Below are positions 13,402 to 28,040 of a stretch of 64,000 nucleotides of DNA, in pieces. Position numbers and translations under genes: made by a program. Under the pieces are notes generated by a model that made no database searches, was not told where the DNA came from, and was given only the letters and a program-made list of their open reading frames with translations. The number at the start of each line of letters is the position of its first letter. The stretch's first letter is position 1. This stretch comes from Eledone cirrhosa (Eukaryota). The stretch covers positions 330,150,001 through 330,214,000 of the forward strand of contig OZ024743.1 of assembly GCA_964016885.1 (NCBI GenBank). Reading direction: 5' to 3'.

Positions 13402-13645
13402 CTACTATCATCATCATGATTAATGGCGATGTATTGTTGTCACAATGCTATGGCCATTGGGATATATAAATGTTATGAGATTGTAATTATTATAGCGATA
13501 TTCACACATAGAAACAGTCATCATGGTATTGTATTCAAGTCAAATTGATATTGTCTCAAAGATATAGTCTTCGGGTCGTATTGCAGTACAGCTATCTTAT
13601 TATTGTTGGGTGTATGTGAAATAACATCGCTCTATTATAAATCAA

Positions 13646-13810
13646 GGCTATGTCATGGCTGTGTGGTTAAAGTGTTCGCTTCGCAACCATGTGGCATTGA
13701 GTTCACTCCCATTAGATACCACTCTGAGGAGCTGTATGTCCCTATAGCTTTGGCTTCACCAATGCCTTGTGGGTGAAATATGGTAGACAAAATCTACAAT
13801 TGCCCATCGT
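13646..13810 (+). mobile_element. tRNA-derived SINE (second family), diverged
   Basis: A-box-like TGGCTGTGTGG, B-box-like GTTCACTCC, and a GCCTTGTGGGTGAAAT tail also seen at ~12905. Confidence 0.55.
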
Positions 13811-13831
13811 ATATATATATACAGTATATAT

Positions 13832-14031
13832 ATAGGAAAAGAGTCAGGACCCCGACGGTTGGACTCCGGCCGTTTCGACAGCTATTTCTGAACGTTCAGA
13901 TCTAGCTGTCGAAACGGCCGGAGCTCAGCCGTCGGGGTCCTGACTCTTTTCCTATTACCCACTATACTACCCTTAGTATCGAGTACTCTGGTGCGTTATG
14001 GTCCACCTGGTTCCTTACCACACTACCTTCG

Positions 14032-14032
<1 letters not shown>
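13832..14032 (+). mobile_element. PLE/retrozyme-type 3' fragment forming a 124-bp palindrome (13832-13955) with an HHR 3' half
   Basis: Near-perfect inverted repeat centred on CTGAAC|GTTCAG. GAAACGGC-loop-GCCGTC forms stem III with a GUC triplet. Second copy at 23261-23399 on the minus strand. Confidence 0.6.
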
Positions 14033-14340
<308 letters not shown>

Positions 14341-14715
14341 TATCGTATGGTCCCGTACTTCTTGGTGGAGTCATAGAGGCACCATAATGACCGACATACG
14401 GCGTTTCTTGGGCATTATAAGCCTGACGGAGTCTCGACAGCGACCGGTACGAAAAAGAAACGACCGGAGAAGCCTCGGCTATTGTTCTATAACTGCATAA
14501 CCCAAACCAACTAGATATGTAAGTATAGTATGTCACTCTCTATATTAACTGGAGATGGTCCATCGTCTAACCACGATTATTATCTATTTGCTAGACATAA
14601 TTTGTATTCAAATAAGATGTGTTAATACAACTTGCTTTGGTAATTGAAAAGGAGGTTAGAGCGAGGTTGACTAAGTGTGATGATCAAGATATGTACGAAT
14701 ACACACGCACACACA

Positions 14716-14779
<64 letters not shown>

Positions 14780-14873
14780 CATGCTTATATGTATATGTAT
14801 GTGTATGTGTATGTATATAAATATATATATATATATATGTGTGTGTGTGTATTCGTATGTGTGTGTATGCATG

Positions 14874-14916
<43 letters not shown>

Positions 14917-14921
<5 letters not shown>

Positions 14922-15014
14922 GTCCGAAAAATGTATACACCTTTCAATAGCATTCTAATAAATATTGCCTGTACAGGTAATCAAAGTGTGTATACATTTT
15001 TGGGGGACAGTGTG
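14917..15014. mobile_element. Tiny Tc1/mariner-type MITE
   Basis: Imperfect terminal inverted repeats TGTCCGAAAAATGTATACAC / GTGTATACATTTTTGGGGGACA in a TA context. Confidence 0.55.
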
Positions 15015-15119
15015 TATATAAGAGAGAGAGAGGAAAGAGAGAAATGGGAATAGAGACAAGAAGCTGGACATATTTACATTGCTAAATGAGAGCTTACTGT
15101 AAGTAGCGTGTCTATTGTT

Positions 15120-16910
15120 AACAGACACAACATACAGACACACACACTGATATACACACACATACACTCATACACACATACACTGATACACACACACATA
15201 TACACACACACTGATACACACACACACACACACACACTGATATACACACTGATATACACACATACACACATACACTGATACACACACATACACACATACA
15301 CACATACACACATACACTGATACACACACATACACACACACACATACACACACAAACACACTGATACACACACATACACACACCACGGACACACAATGAC
15401 ACACACACACACACCACGGACACAATGACACACACACACACAAACCACGGAACCACAGTGACACACATACACACACACCACGGCCACACAATGACACACA
15501 CACACCACGGACACACAAACACGCACGCACAGATACACCCACACTGACACAGACACATAGAGACACACAGACACACACACAGATAAATACAGACACAGAG
15601 ACACACACTGATATACCCACATAGACATACACACACATGTACTGACACACACACAGACACGTATACACAGAGATAGAGAGAACAACACACACTGACACAG
15701 ATACACGCACACACCGACACTCATAAAAACACACACAAATACGCACACAGACAGACATGCACATACACACTCATAAAACACAGACACATACAGACATACA
15801 CACACAGACACACTCATAAAACACACACACAGATATACACACTGACACACACACAGACATACACACAGACACACACACAGACACACACACAGACACACTC
15901 ATAAATCACACACACAGATATACACACTGACACACACACAGACATACACATAGACACACACACAGACACACACACAGACACACACAAACACACACAGACA
16001 GACATGCACATACACACTCACACAAACTCACACACACACACACATACATACACAGACACGCACACAGATAGACATACACAAGCACACACACCCGCACTCA
16101 CACACAGACACGTACACAGACAGACATACAGACACAGACTCACACACAGACTCACACACACACAGACATACTACAGAGATATGGTGGCAGACACAGACAC
16201 ACACAGACACATACACAGACACATACACAGACACAGACACACACAGACACATACAGAGACACACAGACACATACAGACACACAGACACACACACAGACAC
16301 ACACAGACACACTGATACACATACAGAGACACATACTAAAGAGATATGGTGACAGACACAGACACACACAGACACACACAGACACATACAGACAGACAGA
16401 GACACACACACACAGATACACACAGACACACACAGACAGACACAGAGACACATACACACAGACACACACAGACAGACACAGAGACACATACAGAGACACA
16501 TACTAAAGAGATATGGTGGCAGACACAGACACACACAGACACACACAGACACATACAGACACACACACAGACACACACACAGACACATACATACACACAC
16601 AGACACACACAGATACACACAGACACACACAGACACACACACAGACAGACACAGACACATACTAAAGAGATATGGTGGCAGACACAGACACACACAGACA
16701 CACACAGACACACGGACACACACAGACACAGACACACACAGACACACACAGAGACACACAGACACACACAGACACACACAGACAGACACAGACACATGCA
16801 GACACACACAGACAGACACAGACACATGCAGACACACACAGACACACACAGAGACACACACAGACACAGACAGAGAGACACAGAGACACATAGTAAAGAG
16901 ATATGGTGGT
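15120..16910. repeat. Degenerate (CA)/(CAGA)-rich low-complexity array with a recurring anchor motif
   Basis: ACTAAAGAGATATGGTGGCAG-like motif at ~16169, 16334, 16501, 16660 and 16891. Confidence 0.9.
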
Positions 16911-17104
16911 AGAAGAGGTGAGGAAGTGTGAATTGACGGAGGTAGATTTGAAATACTTCGACCACACTAAGTCGTTTGCTTACATTTCCTCTACTAATTA
17001 TTATAGTATCATGTACTACTGCCATAGTCACACAGCTACTCTCATCAAAAGAAGCCAGTGAATTATTAATTGACTCTCCGTTACAAATTCCACCCTTGCC
17101 CACC

Positions 17105-17181
<77 letters not shown>

Positions 17182-17492
17182 GCTTATTTTTTCAGTGATA
17201 TGTTTTTGTTTTTTTTCTGGAGAATTTGTTGAAATGATATCGAACTGGTAAAAACAGACAAGTGCTCTCGCTTTTACTCCTTCTTTCTTTCTTTCTTTTC
17301 TTTTCTTTTCTCTACCCCTCCCTCTTCCCATCATCACTTATGTCCCCGCCCCCTCCTCATCCTCCTCCCCCACGTCCTACTCCCCATCCTCATCTTTCCC
17401 AACATTTTATCTCCTTCTTTAAACATTCATATTAAATATTTTCTATTATGTTGGAGACCACATAGTAAAGCTTAGTTACAATTATGTAGTCT

Positions 17493-17531
<39 letters not shown>

Positions 17532-17586
17532 ACACACACACATATATATATATATATACATATATATATGTATGCATGTATGTATG

Positions 17587-17724
<138 letters not shown>

Positions 17725-17970
17725 TATGTGTCTATATTCATAAACACGCCTACGAACATACATACATATATATGTATATACATATATATATATATAGTTA
17801 GGGAAGCAGGAAATAACTTATTGTGATCCAGTTCGTGGTTAAGAAAGCCAGTTTCATGGACGGTTTCAACGTACGGTTAGGGGTAACTCGTAAATACCTG
17901 GATAAAATCCTTTTCTTAATGCTTACCTGTGTTTTCTCTTTTATACTATATATATATATAGACACATACC

Positions 17971-18002
<32 letters not shown>

Positions 18003-18149
18003 ATATATGGTATGTGTCTATGTACATAAAAACACCAACAAACATACATGTGTATGAAATATACATGCGTGTGTCTATATACAGAATCACACACAGACAT
18101 ATATATGTGTCTGTGTATGTATGGGTGTACGCGTGATGTATGTATACAC

Positions 18150-18230
<81 letters not shown>

Positions 18231-18434
18231 TATTATAATTTAATCGAATTACATGTAATGAGTCAATTTAGTGTATTTTCACACATACGTATACATGTAG
18301 ATAAATATACACATGCAATTCCTTGTAACACACACACACACACACACACATATAAACATACATAGACACATACACAGCGCCAACGCATACACCCACACCA
18401 CAGAAACACACTATAGAATGATAGATAGATAAAT

Positions 18435-18536
<102 letters not shown>

Positions 18537-18967
18537 CTACACAGACACTCAATCATTTTATCATGTGTTTGCCCCCCTCCCCACACATTAATCCACACAC
18601 ACACACACACACGTACAGAAACTGACATACACAGACGCACATACAGAGAGACTCATACAGACACACACTCACAAACACGCATCCATAGACACACAAACTC
18701 CAACTACACACACACAAACACACTCACACTAACTAAACACACAGTCACACCAACTACACACACACACAGAGACAAAAAGAAACAGAGACATACACACACA
18801 CACACATACACCAACACACGCACACTCACACCAACTACATATTCACAGGCATGCAGAAACACAACTACACACACACATACACCAACACACACACACACAT
18901 ACACCAACGCACACACACATACACCAACGCACACACATACACCAACGCATACACACATACACCAACG

Positions 18968-19002
<35 letters not shown>

Positions 19003-19231
19003 ACGCACGCATACATACACCAACGCACACAGACATACACCAACGCACACACCAACGCACACACACACACACACACACACACTGACTGAGAGATCTTCAC
19101 AGACAGGCAGGAAGCAGGTAGACGGACTGCATGTAAGACAATGGTGGTTACTGTTTACCAGTGGAGACGTAGTCATGTGATAACTTAAATATGTCTGTAT
19201 TGGGTCTATTATTGATTTAGACACAACATAA

Positions 19232-20255
19232 CACAGCAGAGCAGAGAGGTGCAAAGCAGAGCAGGGAGGTGCAGTGTAGAGCAGAGTAGAGCAGTGTAGA
19301 GCAGAGCAGAGCAGAGCGTGTAGTGTAGAGTAGAGCAGTGTAGTGTAGAGCAGTGTAGAGCAGAGTAGAGTAGAGCAGTGTAGAGCAGAGTAGAGTAGGA
19401 TAGAGCAGCGTAGTGTAGTGTAGAGTAGATCTGTGTAGTGTAGTGTAGTGTAGTGTAGTGTAGTGTAGTGTAGTGTAGTGTAGAGTAGAGCAGTGTAGAG
19501 CAGAGCAGGATAGAGAAGAGTAGAGCATGATAGAGCAGCATAGTGTAGAGAAGAGCTCTGTAGTGTAGTGTAGAGCAGAGTAGATCAGTGTAGAGCAGAG
19601 CAGAGCAGTGTAGAGCAGTGTAGAGTAGAGCAGTGTAGAGCAGAGCAGTGTAGAGCAGTGTAGAGTAGAGCAGTGTAGAGTAGAGCAGTGTAGAGCAGCA
19701 ATAGCGCAGCAGAGCAGAGCAATGCAGAGTAAAGCAGAGTAGAGTAATGTAGAGCAGTGTAGTGTAGTGTCGAGCAGTGCAGAGCAGAGCAGAGTAGAGC
19801 AGTGTAGTGTAGAGCAGTGTAGAGCAGTCTAGAGTAGTGTAGATCAGTGTAGAGCAGTGCAGAGTAGAGTAGAGCAGTGTAGTGTAGCGTAGAGCAGTGT
19901 AGAGTAGTGTAGAGAAGTGTAGAGTAGTGTAGAGTAGTGTAGAGTAGAGCAGTGTAGAGTAGTGTAGAGTAGAGCAGAGCTGTGTAGATCAGTGTAAAGA
20001 AGTGTATAGTAGTGTAGAGTAGTGTAGAACAGTGTAGAGCAGTGTAGGGTAGTTTAGAGCAGAGCAGTGTAGAGCAGTGTAGAGCAGCGCAGTGTAGAGC
20101 AGTGTAGAGTAGTGTAGATTAGTGTAGAGTAGAGCAGTGTAGAGTAGTGTAGTGTAGTGTAGTGTAGTGTAGTGTAGTGTAGTGTAGTGTAGTGTAGTGT
20201 AGTGTAGTGTAGTGTAGAGCAGTGTAGAGCAGTGATGTGTAGTGTAGAGCAGTAC
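19232..20255. repeat. Degenerate pentamer satellite (GTAGA/GTAGT/GCAGT/GCAGA)n
   Basis: Direct 5-bp periodicity. Confidence 0.95.
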
Positions 20256-20538
20256 AGAGACATCATTTAGTTACTGTTTCTAGTAAACTCGGTGAGAAAG
20301 GACTAGTTTCATTATTTTAACTCTCCACCATTACATACATACAAACATAAATAAATACATACATATATACATACATACATTAACATTAATTCCTACATAT
20401 ACAAGCATGCACGCAAACATGCATACATATCTACCTAGTTGATGTTGTGTAAATTCCAATGAGAGCGTCTTGTATCTATGTTAGAAACCGACTTTCACTG
20501 TTGGTTAACATTTATAAAATTATAAAACTAGAAGAACA

Positions 20539-20572
<34 letters not shown>

Positions 20573-20877
20573 CATATATACATGCATACATACATATATA
20601 CATGCATACATACATACATACATACATACATACATACATACATACATACATACATACATACATACATACATGCATACAAACATGGATGCATACATACAAA
20701 CGTACATGCATACATACATGCATGCATACACACATACATACATATATACATACATATATATACACATACATACATACGTGGGTGCATACATACATACATA
20801 CATGCATGCATGCATACATACATACATACATGCATGCATGCATATATACATACATACATACGTGCACAAACACGCGT

Positions 20878-21092
20878 ACCCACAACGCAGTTTTCAGGGT
20901 GATTCGGCGTGACACAGAATGTGACAAGGCTGGTCCTTCGAATTACAGGTACAATCCATTTTTGGCAGCTGAGTGGACTGGAGCAATGTGAAATAAAGAG
21001 TCTTGCTCAAGGATTCAACGCACCACCGGTTATCGAACTCTCGGCCATACGATCGTGAGCCGAATTATCTAACTACAAAGCCACCCGCCTTC
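20878..21092 (-). mobile_element. tRNA-derived SINE (second family, CCTTGAGCAAGA core)
   Basis: Minus-strand head with GTTCGATAACC B-box. Related pieces at ~23400-23475, ~54715-54780 and ~55200-55540. Confidence 0.7.
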
Positions 21093-21139
21093 ACAATACA
21101 TGCATACATGCACGATACATACATACATACATACATACA

Positions 21140-21174
<35 letters not shown>

Positions 21175-21175
<1 letters not shown>

Positions 21176-21775
21176 TGGTGGCTGCCAACTCGTTTTCGAG
21201 TACGGCCACTACTTTGTATCCATCTAGGAGAACCCCTACCGATGCGCTGAACGAGTGTGACTTTTTAGTCCAGCCAGCGACTTGAAAACTCTGGTACAAA
21301 CACTACACTTGTGACAATTATTGACACATAGTGCTGGGCCCATGGTACCATGTGATGACAAGTGCAGAGAGATCTCCAGATACAAAACAACGCTTCTGCC
21401 ATGAAGCTTTTATAGTGAGCAAAGGCACTGCACAAAGCCAGTCCCACTCTCTTAACCAAGATGATATTTACCAAAAAGAAGAACAAGTCAACATCATTGG
21501 ATACCATCAGGGTTGCAAGTGTTATATCAGAGTTTTCCTTCTCCTAGAACTCTGCCTTGACAAAGGCTAAGGGGTCATCTCTCCCGGTGATTTTGGATGG
21601 CCATTGACTCTTAAGAGCTCCTTTGCCCTTTGACAGGTTTTGTTTTTAGTCCTGCAGCAGGATGTCCAAAGTCACCCTCCTCACCACGTTGGTGGAGTTG
21701 CCAGTTTAGTCGCCAACGACCCGACCATGAGACAGGTTGTACTGGGATACATGTTACCAGTAGCACCAACTGACA
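21175..21775 (-). mobile_element. Bipartite RTE-derived non-autonomous retroelement, full copy
   Basis: Reverse complement of 28388-28980. The 3' part encodes a C2H2-like RTE C-terminus ([20 protein letters not shown]). (ATGT)n tail. Confidence 0.85.
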
Positions 21776-21982
21776 TATATATATACACACATACATACGT
21801 ACATACATACATACACAAACATTTGGGAAATTATAAAACCAGAAGAACATACGTACAAAGAGCATGTAATAATGACATATACACATGGTTAGATAGAAGA
21901 AAATGTGTCTACTCAAAACATGCAGATACACACATACAATAACACTCATACTTGCACGCACGCACACACAGACACACACACA

Positions 21983-22052
<70 letters not shown>

Positions 22053-22146
22053 TACACACACATACATACATACACATACATACATGGGTATTTACCTAGT
22101 TGGCATTGTCTAAATTCCAATGAAAGAGTCTTGTGTCTGTTAGAAA

Positions 22147-22206
<60 letters not shown>

Positions 22207-22269
22207 TGGTAGAAACTTATATAATAATAAAACCAGAAAACATACATACATACATACAAAGTTCCCAGA

Positions 22270-22913
22270 GAAGTGGATTGGCAGAGTCGTTGGAGCGTCA
22301 GATAACATGGTTTGTTGCAAAGAGTTATGTCCCTTCGCGTTCTTAGTTCAAATCCGCCGAGGTTAACTTTGCCTTTCATCCATACAGGGTCGATAAAATA
22401 AAATACCAGTAACGCACTGGGGTCGATTCAAGCGACTTTACCCTCCTCACAAATTGTTGGCCTTTTGCCTAAATTAGAAACCATTATAGTGAAAGTCAAC
22501 AAGGCGGTGGATTGGCAGAATCGGTAGAGGGTCGGACAACATGATTTGACGCATAGAGTTACGGCCCTTGCCATTCTGAGTTCAAATCCCGCCGAGGTTA
22601 ACTTTGCCTTTCATCCTTACGAGGTCGATAAAATAAAGTACCAGTAATACACTGGGTATTTGCTGGCCTTGTGCCAATGGTAGAAACATTATAGTGAAAG
22701 TCTACATATAGGGCGGTGGATTGGCAGTATCGGTAGAGGGTGGCACACCATGCCTTGCAGCATAGAGTTACGGCCCTTTATGGTCTGAGTTCAAATCCAG
22801 CCGAGGTTAACTTTGCCGTTCCTCCTTACGGGGTCGATAAAATAAAGTACCAGTAATACACTGGTATAATTGCTGGCCTTGTGCCAAAAGTAGAAACAAT
22901 TATAGTGAAAGTC
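22270..22913 (+). mobile_element. Three tandem tRNA-derived SINEs (~22270-22497, 22502-22702, 22711-22913)
   Basis: Each has a TGGCAG..TCGG A-box-like motif, a GTTCAAATCC B-box and GCCTTTCATCCTTACGGGGTCGATAAAATAAAGTACCAGT (resembles the MetaSINE central domain, from memory). Confidence 0.9.
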
Positions 22914-23202
22914 TTTTTCTTCCAGTCTGCGTTGCGTTGCTGGACACATACAGAGAAATACAGAAACACACGCACACACACACACACACACACATACAGA
23001 GAGAGAGAGGGGGAGAGGGAGAGAGAGAGAGAGAAATATAGAAATTAGGTTTTAGTACGTTAGAGAGAGGGAGTGGAGTGTGTGAGAGATGGAGCAGTAG
23101 TTTCCCCTCTATATAGTATACTCCAGAAGAAATATTGTTGAGTGTTTCGAATCTGTTATAAACTAAATTTGTTGAATAACCAACACATTAAATAACTCAT
23201 TG

Positions 23203-23260
<58 letters not shown>

Positions 23261-23264
<4 letters not shown>

Positions 23265-23399
23265 AGAAAGTGTGGTAACGAACCAGGTGGACCATAACGC
23301 ACCAGAGTACTCAATACTTCGGTAGTAGAGTGGATAATAGGAAAAGAGTCAGGACCCCGACGGCTGAGCTCCGGCCGTTTCGACAGCTAGATCTGAACG
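23261..23399 (-). mobile_element. Second copy of the 13894-14032 HHR-tail element, truncated at the hairpin apex
   Basis: Reverse complement of 13894-14032, ending at CTGAACG. Confidence 0.8.
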
Positions 23400-23517
23400 C
23401 GTTGTATCTGTAATCAAAAGAATCAGCCTTGTCACAATCTGTATCACGCTGAATCTCCCTGAGAGCTACCTGCATACTGAAGTGTCGGTAAGCAAACAAC
23501 ATATATTCAATTTTTTG

Positions 23518-23556
<39 letters not shown>

Positions 23557-23767
23557 TTATATATAGCTTATATAATTACATGTATGTATATAAATATATG
23601 TATATGTACACACACACATATATATACATACATAAATATATATAAATATACACACAAACACACACAGACACACACACATATATATATACATTGTGTGCGT
23701 GTAACTACGTATGAAGATATGAAATTATATATCTGTACATATATGTATTTATATATATATATGTGTG

Positions 23768-23821
<54 letters not shown>

Positions 23822-23896
23822 TATAAATATATATATATATAAATATATAAATATGAAATTACGTATGAAGATATGAAAATATATGTGTACATATAA

Positions 23897-23993
<97 letters not shown>

Positions 23994-24214
23994 CGTGTGT
24001 GTGTGTGCGTGTGTGTGTGTGTGTGTGATCGATATATCTCACCGAAGCCATACTTCCACGATATTGTCATCACTTTGGTTTTAAGAGAAGCCAAGCGTTG
24101 TCGATAATTTTGCCTTCTTATATTGCAAATTATTTATAACCTTCTATCTTTATGATACTAACTATAATATCTTATCGTATATATATGGAATAGATAGGTA
24201 ACATATTATATATC

Positions 24215-24784
24215 TACTAGCAGAGTACTCGTCGTTGTCGAGTAGTTTTCATCATAGAATGCCTTTCTTTCAATATACTTTATACCATGTCTCCTCTGTG
24301 CCTCATCTCTCGTTACTTATTCCTTGTGGCCTTTTACCGTGAATCAACAATCCTCCCCAATGTGGTTTCTATAGAAATTTACTCAGTTGAGCTGTATGTT
24401 GAAATGTTATCAGTGGCAGTACTTTAGAGTGAACGTCTTCACATAGACATCAGGTGACTTCTATGAGGACAACTCTATTTCTCATAGCCAAAACATTGCC
24501 AACTCTTGACGGCATGAATGTACGGAATAATAAGGCTATGTCAAGGAGTGCATGAGAGTATCAATGAAGACTGGACTAGTTTAATCGTCCCAGTAACAGT
24601 GATTGATAGTATAACTATTTTCTGTTTTTTTTTTCTTTTTGTAATAAAGAAACTCCATGTACCCCAAACTCTTCTCCTTAAGTCACAGATTTCCTAAATC
24701 AGATCTGCTTTTCTCTAGGACGCACTGTTTTGGATCCTTTCAGTGACATTTACACATACAATCACATACAATCATACACACACA

Positions 24785-24821
<37 letters not shown>

Positions 24822-24838
24822 TCTCTCTCTGTATATAA
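24215..24838 (+). mobile_element. Degenerate Helentron-associated (HINE/DINE-1-like) non-autonomous element
   Basis: Starts CTAGCAGAGTACTCGTCGTTGTCGAGTAG (subterminal hairpin) and ends in a microsatellite plus TATATAAG. Same architecture as 29621-30677. Confidence 0.4.
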
Positions 24839-25072
24839 GTATCTCAGTTTGACAATCGCCACCGATGAATACGAGAAAGTTCTGCAAGAATGTTAACCAA
24901 GAATCTTTAAAATTCTTCCCACCGAAGTTAACAAAGAACTTACTAGATCTACCAACTCATAATATTATAATAGTGTCAAATTAAATCTAATTATTTAGAA
25001 CTACAAGTGAAGTCATTCTTTTCCTTTCTTTCAAATATAGCTAACTGTACCAAGGATTTCACACATTTTCCA

Positions 25073-25293
<221 letters not shown>

Positions 25294-25918
25294 TGTGTGA
25301 GTGTGTGAGTGTGTGTGTGTGTTCTTTATACGGAGTATATTCAATGCCATTTGAAAGACAGAAAGAGAGAAGAAGGCAGCAGCTCTCAGGATGGGACGGG
25401 GCAGCAGAAATAAGCTCCTATTGGTTATGGAACAGAAAAGAGACGGAAGAGATGAAGTGGAATGGGGAAGGTTAGAGAAGGCAGTTATTTGACCACCACT
25501 AACAAGAGTGTGTTGCGCTTTAGGATCGAAATATCTAACGAACGTTCGATACGTTCTGATGAAATCAACTCCTCCAAGACTAGGCTTTATGTATGAATCT
25601 GAAGCATCTTCAAGGTGTAATTAACTTATATATATATATTCTAAGCATGTATGCAGCGATATACCAGGCCTCTACTTCCGAGCGTTAGACGAGTGCTTCC
25701 CGCCGTCGAGCAGATACCACAAGATTTTCAACCGCCACACGGTGAAGTTCTCCTACTCCACCGCACCTAACATGGCAGACTACATGGCCAAAACCACCGC
25801 GGCGAAGATGGGGAACCTCGACCGTCAACCACGGCGACCGAATGACCGTCCATCGGAGCCCGGAGGGCCTCCTGCAGACCGGTCTTCCAACTAAAACCCG
25901 GCTCCTGCGGCGACCGCC

Positions 25919-26509
25919 ATGCCCGCGGAAGGCGATACAATCCAGCGCCTGGCGAAAATGAGTGGCGGAGGGGAGACTACCGTGTCGGCAGAACAACACC
26001 CAGAGAATCGGGAGAGGGCCGTGGTAGATCAAGGGCCAGGCGTCCGAAATGAACAATATAACGACAGAACGTGCAACTGCAGAGCGGGCACACAGTGCCC
26101 TCTGCAGGGAAGATGCCTAACGAAGGGCCTGGTATATAAATGTGTGGTTAGCACGCACAATATAAAGCGCACCTACATCGGCGCAATATCCACGACCTTT
26201 AAATCGCGGATATATAACCACACACACTCTTTCAAGGACCGGAGCAAGAAGCACTCTACTAGGCTGGCGGACCTGGTGTGGGACTTGAAAGATAAAGGCA
26301 CCCCGTATGCCCTCAACTGGAGTATCGTTCGGCACACGAATGCATATTCGGCTGGAAATAGAAAGTGTAGACTATGCCTATCCGAGGCCATGGAGATAGT
26401 CAGACTGAAGGATGATGCGGTCAACCTGAAATCGGAAATAATCATGACGTGCAGACACCAGAGAAGGTGCACACTCTCCGCATGGAATCCACCGGGCACC
26501 CCAAGCTAA
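25919..26509 (+). CDS. PLE GIY-YIG endonuclease domain (C-terminal fragment)
   Basis: CNCRAGTQCPLQGRC (CxCx5Cx5C), LVYKC...TYIG...FKSRIYNH, CRLCLSE, and CRH terminus. Confidence 0.85.
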   Translation: MPAEGDTIQRLAKMSGGGETTVSAEQHPENRERAVVDQGPGVRNEQYNDRTCNCRAGTQCPLQGRCLTKGLVYKCVVSTHNIKRTYIGAISTTFKSRIYNHTHSFKDRSKKHSTRLADLVWDLKDKGTPYALNWSIVRHTNAYSAGNRKCRLCLSEAMEIVRLKDDAVNLKSEIIMTCRHQRRCTLSAWNPPGTPS

Positions 26510-27157
26510 AGGCATGCGGCGGAGCGCACACCAACGAGAGCGGCGAAACGGGTTCAAGGGATCAGACACCATACCCTGTTGACTATATATGCCCCGTGGG
26601 TTAAGCCGAAATAACCCAGGATGCCTACCCGACTCTGCACGTCAAATTAGGCAAAAACATCGCCTGACCCGGGACAGGTTGACCCGGATTCCATTGATAT
26701 TCAGTCAAGTGCCTTATACCAATAAGACACTATACCTCAACCACAGTGACATACTCCAGTATGGCCGGTCCACGCACCCCCCTTCATGTGTATCTTTTCA
26801 GTAGAGAATGCATACTCTCCACGTATTCCATTTTGTAACACCTAATGTATTTTCCGTATACAGACCCACGTATGTATCTCATACTTCTCTTGTGTACTAT
26901 CTCATATGCATACACGTTCCTTCTTTTTTTAATATATATTCTGCACACACTTACTATGTACGGTCTGCGCATACTATTTACTGTAATACTATGAACGCAC
27001 ATTATGTGGATTTGAGTGAAGATTCCATACGTGGATTGATCCATGTTCCCAACGTAACATCTGTGTAGGCACATATAACAAGGTGCACCCTTTTATGTAT
27101 AGCCCACTGTGTATCTTTATGTGCCGTTATATGTATATTTTTAATATATTCTTATAA

Positions 27158-27231
<74 letters not shown>

Positions 27232-27553
27232 ATTTTTCTTATATATGTATATATTGATAACAAGATGCATCCTTTCATGTATGACCCATCTTTATATGAC
27301 TTTGTGTGTATATTCTTTTTATGTATATATATATTTTTTTTTAAATGCGCGCGTGGGTGCGTATATGAATATGCGCATATTTGTAAGAGTGTATATGAGC
27401 CAGTGTGTGTGTGTACAAGCACCCGTGTAGGGAAAGGGCTTGTTTGTGTATATATATATTTGTGTTTGCGAGCGAGTGTGTATCTGTGTATGTATATATG
27501 TATATGTGCACGTGTATATGTGTGTGCGTTAATTATATGTACAAACATTGATA

Positions 27554-27602
27554 ATGCTCCGATGACTCCATACTAAAGTTTGGAAGAAACAATTGTCAGC
27601 GA
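27554..27602 (+). ncRNA. Minimal type I hammerhead ribozyme motif (core variant CCGATGA)
   Basis: GCT-CCGATGA-CTCCA/TGGAA-GAAAC-AATT-GTC-AGC, with palindromic stem III. Confidence 0.65.
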
Positions 27603-27770
27603 TTAAATGATTTGAACATAACTGATATTTGTGTAATTTATATTCCTGCTCTGTAAAACACCTGATGTTCTTACATTGAGCTATTTCTCTTACTGGTAAT
27701 AAGATAGTAATAAATTACTGACCTTTCCTGTTTATAGTTGTTTATAGTATAGTATATACATAACTATAAA

Positions 27771-27954
27771 TGTGGATTGGCAGTATCGGTAGAGGGTCGG
27801 ACCCCATGCTTTCCAGCATAGTTACGTCCCTTTACGATCTGAGTTCAAAATCCCGCCGTGGTTGACTTTGCCTTTGATCCTTACGGGGTCGATAAAATAA
27901 AGTACCAGTAATGCACTGGGTATTTGCTGGCCTTGTGCCTAAAGTAGAAACAAT

Positions 27955-27955
<1 letters not shown>
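27771..27955 (+). mobile_element. tRNA-derived SINE (family of 22270-22913)
   Basis: Same head, B-box and central motif. Confidence 0.9.

Positions 27956-28040
<85 letters not shown>

Larger units (their letters stand above)
25650..27745 (+). mobile_element. 5'-truncated Penelope-like element (Naiad-like): linker, GIY-YIG, 3' UTR and HHR
   Basis: YHKIFNRHTVKFSYST motif (~25716-25765), the GIY-YIG ORF below, and an HHR motif at 27554-27602. (TA)n at the 5' end. Confidence 0.85.

Noticed and set aside
19083-19225. Possible host exon in the unique island between repeats
   Set aside because: No recognisable protein motif and no convincing splice-site pair. It cannot be supported without transcripts.
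22270-22913. Possible tRNA genes (A/B boxes)
   Set aside because: No cloverleaf. The boxes belong to SINE heads followed by the SINE body.
25520-25570. Type II hammerhead (GAAA...CTGATGA)
   Set aside because: Stems I and III do not pair in the required register.
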